40,864 bases of DNA from Bigelowiella natans CCMP2755 (Eukaryota; Protista; Cercozoa). The position numbers were made by a program, and so were the translations under genes. The stretch is taken from positions 1 to 40,864 of the forward strand of contig ADNK01001429.1 of NCBI GenBank assembly GCA_000320545.1. The letters are read 5' to 3'. Below, piece after piece: positions 35,766-40,864 of this stretch (positions within the stretch are counted from its first letter, which is position 1; every line of letters starts with the position of its first letter). The notes under the pieces are model-generated. The model made no database searches. It worked only from the letters and a program-made list of their open reading frames with translations, and had not been told where the DNA came from.

Positions 35766-38700
35766 TCGTCATCACCATCATGATCCACTGATCTTCGTTT
35801 CTTATCTGTCACTGCTGCTACTGCTGCGACGGCTGTTGCTGCTGCTGCGGCGGCGGCGCGGACGATGTCCAGTTTGCTATCTGCAGCTTCATCATCAATA
35901 TCATCATCAATATCATCATCGTCATCGTCGATGTCATTGTGGCTTTTCTTCTTCATCATCTTCTTCTTCTTCTCCTTCTTCTTCTTCGCCGTTTTCTTCG
36001 TCAGCTGCGGTTGAGGGGAGGGGCGTGGTGCTTCACAGATAGCGCATGTAGCGGCCCCTGGATCATTCAGCAACGTGCATCGTAGACATGTCCACTCTGT
36101 TTCTCTTCCTCTACATTTCTTTTTCGTCTTCTTCTTCTTCTTCTCTTCCTCCGCCTCGTTGTCCGCCCCACCCTTCTCTGCATCTGCATTTTTTTTCTTC
36201 CTTTTCTTCTTCTTCTTGGGGAACTTCTTCTTTTTCTTCTTTCCCTTGGCCTCATCTTGTTCCCCCTCCCCCTCCTTCCCCTCCTCCTCCTCGTCCTCCT
36301 GCTGCTGCTGAGCGAATATGTCAAATAATTCTGGGAGACCAAGATCATTATCATCGTCGTCGCCATCGTCGTCATCTCCACCACCTCCCGCCCTCTGTGA
36401 CATCTTTTTCTTAATCTTCTTTTTCTTCTTCCTTTTCTGCTTTCGCTCCCTCGACGTATCAGCGACGACGATCTGCGAGCGGCGGTCGGTGCGCCGGTAA
36501 TCTAGCCCCACGCTGTTTGCTTCGCTGCTGCCCCCCCCGAGCGATTCCACTCTGATGATTATGATGGTGATGATGATGATGGTGGTGGTGGTGATATTGA
36601 TGATGTTGCTCCTACTCCGCTTCTTTGGCGGCTGCTATTTTATCGTTGCAATCCTTGGGGACAACGTGCAGAAACATCATTATCATCATCATCAGCAGCA
36701 GCAGCAGTAGCAGCAGCAGAGAGAGAAGGGGTAGTAGTATAAGGCACATTTAAACCAAGAATCAAATGATGGCACCAACCGTTTCATGAACTCCGTGAAG
36801 TGGCGGGAACTATTATCCATGCTGCTGTGTTGTTGTTGTTGTTGTTGTTGTTGTTGCCTCTGCTGGTCGTAGTGGCGGTAGTGGTGGTAGGCCTCTGGCT
36901 CTTTTCCTGCAGGAGAACCACGATATTTTTGTTGCATGCAAAATGAGAAATGATGAGCGTTCTCATTTGACTAAAAATTCTGTAACAGCATAGGAATCAT
37001 CACCGCCCCCACCCCACGAGAAAAGAATACTCACGACGAATATGATCACCTTCTTCTCCTTTACTATCAGAATCATCGGCTACGTCGTCATCTTCAGCAG
37101 CAGCAGCAGCAGGGAGGGCGAGAAGCAGTTTTCGTCGTCGTTGTCCCTGTGATGGTCGTCGCCGTCGCTTGATGCTGCTACCGCATGCGCTGCACGTGTT
37201 GCCGCTGCTGTTTGAATAGTTGGGAAACCTGCCGATTTACATACAATCAATCAATCAAAATGAAGATACTCGCCCGGAGTTCTAAGGTACCGCTAATTTA
37301 TCTTTGCGACGTTTTCCACCGCCGCCTCCGCCTCCCCCCCCTTCCCCCTCTGTTGGTTGCAAAACACAACTACTGGAACTTATGCCTACTTCTTTCTAAA
37401 TTCTATTGCTGCTACTACAACTATTAATCCCCCCTCCCCCCCTCCTGCTACTGCTACAACGACTGGAAACTACCCGCATGACTCGCAGATTTTATCATCG
37501 ACGACGGGTATCTCATGGTATGCGTTGTCGTCGTCTTCTTCCTCCTGGTGTGAGATGACGATGATGATAATGATGATCATGATGATAATGATGATGATGA
37601 TGATTATTTATATACTATATAACAAGCGCGCCCTCCACAAACACCTCCAAATTGAATAAGATTTGGGAATAAAACTATTGCATTCATACAGGAGGAATGA
37701 TCGTATCTATCAGCGGAGCAAGCCTGTTTCTTCGGTTTAACTACTGTGACGCACGGCTATCTAGTGAATCACAATGATAGAAGAATACTACTACTACTAC
37801 CACCACCACCACCACCACAGCAGCAGCAGCACTACTTTCATCATGTTTAAATCTTGCTGAAATGGCGGGTGCTTTGGCTCTGATTGCGCCTTCTGTTTCC
37901 TTTTCCTACATCGCACCACGAATATATGCATGTGTTAGCATAAACGGACAGGGTATTGGGTGAGGGGAGATAGGCAAGATATATTGATTGTGCTCTCTGC
38001 TGGCCATGCTCCTCCTCCATTCCACCACCATCTATGATGATATGGTTGGTAACACGGGGGGGGGGGGGGTTAAGTTAGACATGACAGGTGGACCTTTTCT
38101 GAAAGTTCTCCCACTCCCTTCGCAGGCCATTGTACCACATATCCCTGCAATGATGATATTGTGATGACGATGATGATGAGGAAGAAGAAGAAGGCTTAGT
38201 TTCTCTGGTGGAAGCATGACTGTGGTTACCCTGTGGTTACCTACCGCGAGTCTACTGGGCAGGAAAACGATCACATATTTGTTGTCGACACACCACACAT
38301 CTCCCCCTCCCATCATCAGCAATATCTCGTGGATGCTGTTGTTTGGGATACAGCTACAACTACGGTCTCACCGGACTTCAACCGAGCTCGCCATGAAGTC
38401 AAAGCTGCGTTCCTTCGTGATGACAGCAAAGCAATGCTCGTCTCTCGCCTTCTTTGCTGATATGGCAGGATTGAGTGTGAGAAGTGTGGCTAAAACTGTA
38501 AAGGAGTCATTCTGCAGCAGTGGAGAACAGCTACCTAGTCGCAGGACCACGGTTTTCTTCCCTTTTACGATATGGCGTACCTACAAGTTATGATGACGTC
38601 AGTGTTCGCTTGCCCCGGGGAATCTGTGCATTACTGCACAATGCAACACTAAAGAGTACGTACATTGGAGAGTAGCACTTTGTCAACGCCTTGATTCCAG

Positions 38701-39118
38701 CTCAGCACGCCATCCTAGAAAGAAAGGAAATGTGAGAATACGCTGTAGCACCGCAATCATGAAGCAGAAGGTGGTGGAGAGAACGGATGATCATCGTGTT
38801 ACCTGATAGAAGAGCTTTTTCGGCGTTGACTTTGGCTCCTTTCTCTTCAAGGTTGCAGCCTTGTATCGAAATTTCCGAACAGATGACCCTGAAACAAGGG
38901 GGGCGGTGAACTCGAGGAAATTTAAGAAATAACACTCCTCCACTCCCTCGCTCGTATCATGATGACCCGTTCAACAATGTGGGGACTTATGGAAGGAAGG
39001 GTCCTCCCCTGTACATTGCGTTGGTGAACATGGGCCAGTTGCGATCCCCCCCTCCCAAAGAGATGGGCTAACCTTCCTTTCCTGCGCGAAGAAAGGCCAT
39101 GTTCTTGGCCTCTAACAT
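28109..39118 (-). CDS. Large multi-exon putative E3 ubiquitin ligase: N-terminal PH domain, CxxC zinc ribbon, RanBP2-type zinc finger, coiled coil, C-terminal U-box (could be two genes, with a break near 32300-32800)
   Basis: PH exons 38094..39118: FLRAGKEGSSVRKF...KLFYQ-DGVLSW...-VRHIVKGKKT...-HCFAVITKERSFDFMASSVEVR-DMWYNGL. KICESCG-FPN...CSACG at ~37180-37500. EWTCLRCTLLNDPGAATCAICEAPRP at ~36018-36097. U-box exon 28109..28354 [35 protein letters not shown]...SPQTGLPL...[14 protein letters not shown]. Most of the junctions I checked are phase-compatible. Confidence 0.65.
29889..29974. repeat. (GAT/AAT)n trinucleotide microsatellite, intronic; representative of dozens of (CAT/GAT, CTC/GAG, CTT, CAG, TAG, CA, GA)n tracts in 13.4-19.5 kb and 28.7-39.3 kb
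   Basis: Directly visible. Confidence 0.95.
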
Positions 39119-39688
39119 TCCGGCTTACAGGTGCGGGCACCGTGTGTTGGATTGGAAGAGTATTCCTCTTACTCGTCAGGATGAGGGGAGAGACTACCAG
39201 CTGATGATCTCGGGTAGAAGGGGGAGGGAGGAGGAGGAGGAGGAAGGCAGTCTTATGTCGTCGGAAACAACTACAACAACAATATTCACAATAACAGATA
39301 GTAGACAAATAATATTCGAGAAAACTTTGTAATTATTCCTGGAAAAATAGAGCACAGCGACACACATAAAAAAGGCAAACAAAAGGTCTACCCGCCATTT
39401 CTCCGCTCGCAAGATAATCGGGAAACTTCGTAAAAATTCTTAATTAAGAGTGTGCTTTGGCGGTGTCGACTATATATTCTTTGCGACAAGCGCGTCGTTT
39501 AGTCGCGTGGTGAAAATGGATAGCTGATCGTCGTCTGAAATTCTCACCAAACTGGTAAAGAAAGTTGCGAATCGGGAAAAATATGATGCGAAAAACATCA
39601 TAGATCATTGGTATTCTGATCCTGCAAAACAGCGACACTCTGCGACCGTCGTCACACCAAGTCGCGTGGGGGGACGGACAGGTAGAAA
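39119..39688. promoter_or_regulatory. Divergent promoter/5' UTR region between PH-U-box gene and mucolipin-like gene
   Basis: Non-coding A/T-tract-rich interval between head-to-head starts. It may include an upstream exon of the minus-strand gene. Confidence 0.4.
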
Positions 39689-40864
39689 ATGGCGTCTGGT
39701 ACGTCGTACCAGCGCTTCCAGCTGAATGCGGATGCTTCCAGTGATGACGAAGAGAGAAACGCATGGTCTGTCTTCATTTTTCTAGCATAAGCCCGAACAT
39801 AGTCATCATAATTAACCATCATTATGGCATCATCGTGTTGAGATTGATATCTGCTTCATCTGTTCATTGGGTTTCGACTGTGGCCATCACGTCTACCACC
39901 TTTCCATCCCCTTCTCCCCCCTCTCTTTATCTTGGATTGGAAAATTAATTACTCGAAATATTGGTGCACGTGCATATATGCATGTGTTGGTGTGCATATT
40001 CTGAATAATACCGCTCCTCGACACAAATAATATCTACATCTCGACAAACGATGATAGTTGTTGGGATAGATTAAGGTTATGATGTATCAGAGTAATAATA
40101 GCCGTTGTTACATAAGTAACCATTGAGGGGGGCGTCTCTTACCTTCGTTCGATATTCATAACCAATACCTTAGTAGTAGTGGTATATGTTCGTTGTACTA
40201 CTGTGACACTTAATCTCCTTCAGGTGCAGTTGTGACTGCTGTATCTCATGTTGGCGAAAGTATAAAACTCCAATCCCTTTAGAGGAAAATCTTACACTCA
40301 CAGGTGCATTTTTACCAGGACACGTCTGTCTGTGTGCGATGTTTTGCGGTGAAATGTGCTGCTGTGTTGCACGTTTTGTGTGCTCATGTAAAGTCTGTTG
40401 TTATTGTTATTCAGCGCTTCAGAAATGGCATAAATATCGCCGCCCCCCATGGAAGCTATTACTCTCTCTTTTCATCGTGATTTGTATCACAGCACAGGTA
40501 GACCCGCTCGTTTTCCCTCGCTTTCCTTCTGATCTTTTACTCTCCTCTTTGCGAATAAATAAACAAATAATCTCCTCTCTCTCTCTCTCCGTACTATGTA
40601 TTCCAGATCATCGTTTTCACCCTCTACACTGCTCCTTATATTCGGAATTCGAAGGTCCGTACGGCCACATACAATCGCACATACACACACACACACACAC
40701 ACGCGCGCGCATATGCGTAGAAACTATCATTATCACTGCTATAAATTTTATGCTTGCACGCAATATGTGCGCTGTGCGAAGATTATAATGGCAACTGTTG
40801 AGACTACAAAATCACATATTGTTGGTTTAAAAAACGCCCCCCCCCCCCCTTAATCAACGAAAAT
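39689..40864 (+). CDS. Mucolipin (TRPML)-like cation channel, 5' part, runs off the window
   Basis: Phase-matched exons MASGTSYQRFQLNADASSDDEERNAW-CSCDCCISCWRKYKTPIPLEENLTLTA-LQKWHKYRRPPWKLLLSLFIVICITAQ-IIVFTLYTAPYIRNSK. The K(W/F)xxxxRxPWKLxxxxxxxxxxTxQ segment resembles the pre-S1/S1 of mucolipins. Confidence 0.6.

Noticed and set aside
15439-37659. Poly-Ile/Met/Leu/Ser/Val ORFs in the track
   Set aside because: Translations of intronic or antisense trinucleotide microsatellites.
38889-39082. Possible non-canonical GA-AG intron at the start of the PH domain
   Set aside because: A canonical phase-1 GT donor (AAG|gttagc) 9 nt further on gives the same frame.
40050-40080. 6-nt microexon candidate tag|ATTAAG|gt in the mucolipin-like first intron
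   Set aside because: Inclusion would create an in-frame TGA, and the flanking exons already join in phase.
1-40864. tRNA/rRNA genes, CRISPR arrays, telomeric repeats, intact transposase or reverse transcriptase ORFs
   Set aside because: None was recognisable by eye on either strand; a covariance-model search was not possible.

Overview
Gene-dense, intron-rich nuclear DNA of a unicellular eukaryote. Evidence: GT-AG spliceosomal introns, standard code and abundant microsatellites; the lineage cannot be fixed from the sequence, and a chlorarachniophyte-like protist is only a guess. Most entries in the supplied ORF track are microsatellite or antisense noise, so genes were rebuilt by hand from splice phases. 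Left to right: a tandemly duplicated 3' gene fragment; a signal-peptide multi-exon protein; a JmjC dioxygenase fused to a degenerate SET/MYND (SMYD-like) domain; glutamine synthetase II; a ~1.9 kb TpA-depleted degenerate block containing a perfect hairpin; an MBD (methyl-CpG-binding domain) protein; THOC5; a PTS1-bearing nitronate monooxygenase; a small hypothetical ORF; mitochondrial ribosomal protein mL43; an ~11 kb PH/zinc-finger/U-box gene; and the 5' end of a mucolipin-like channel. The most unusual signal is patchy intergenic loss of TpA, with TG/CA excess, CpG retained and CTA/TAG/CTAG spared. This looks like a strand-symmetric A-to-G (TpA to TpG/CpA) hypermutation of non-genic or repetitive DNA, roughly the inverse of fungal RIP.
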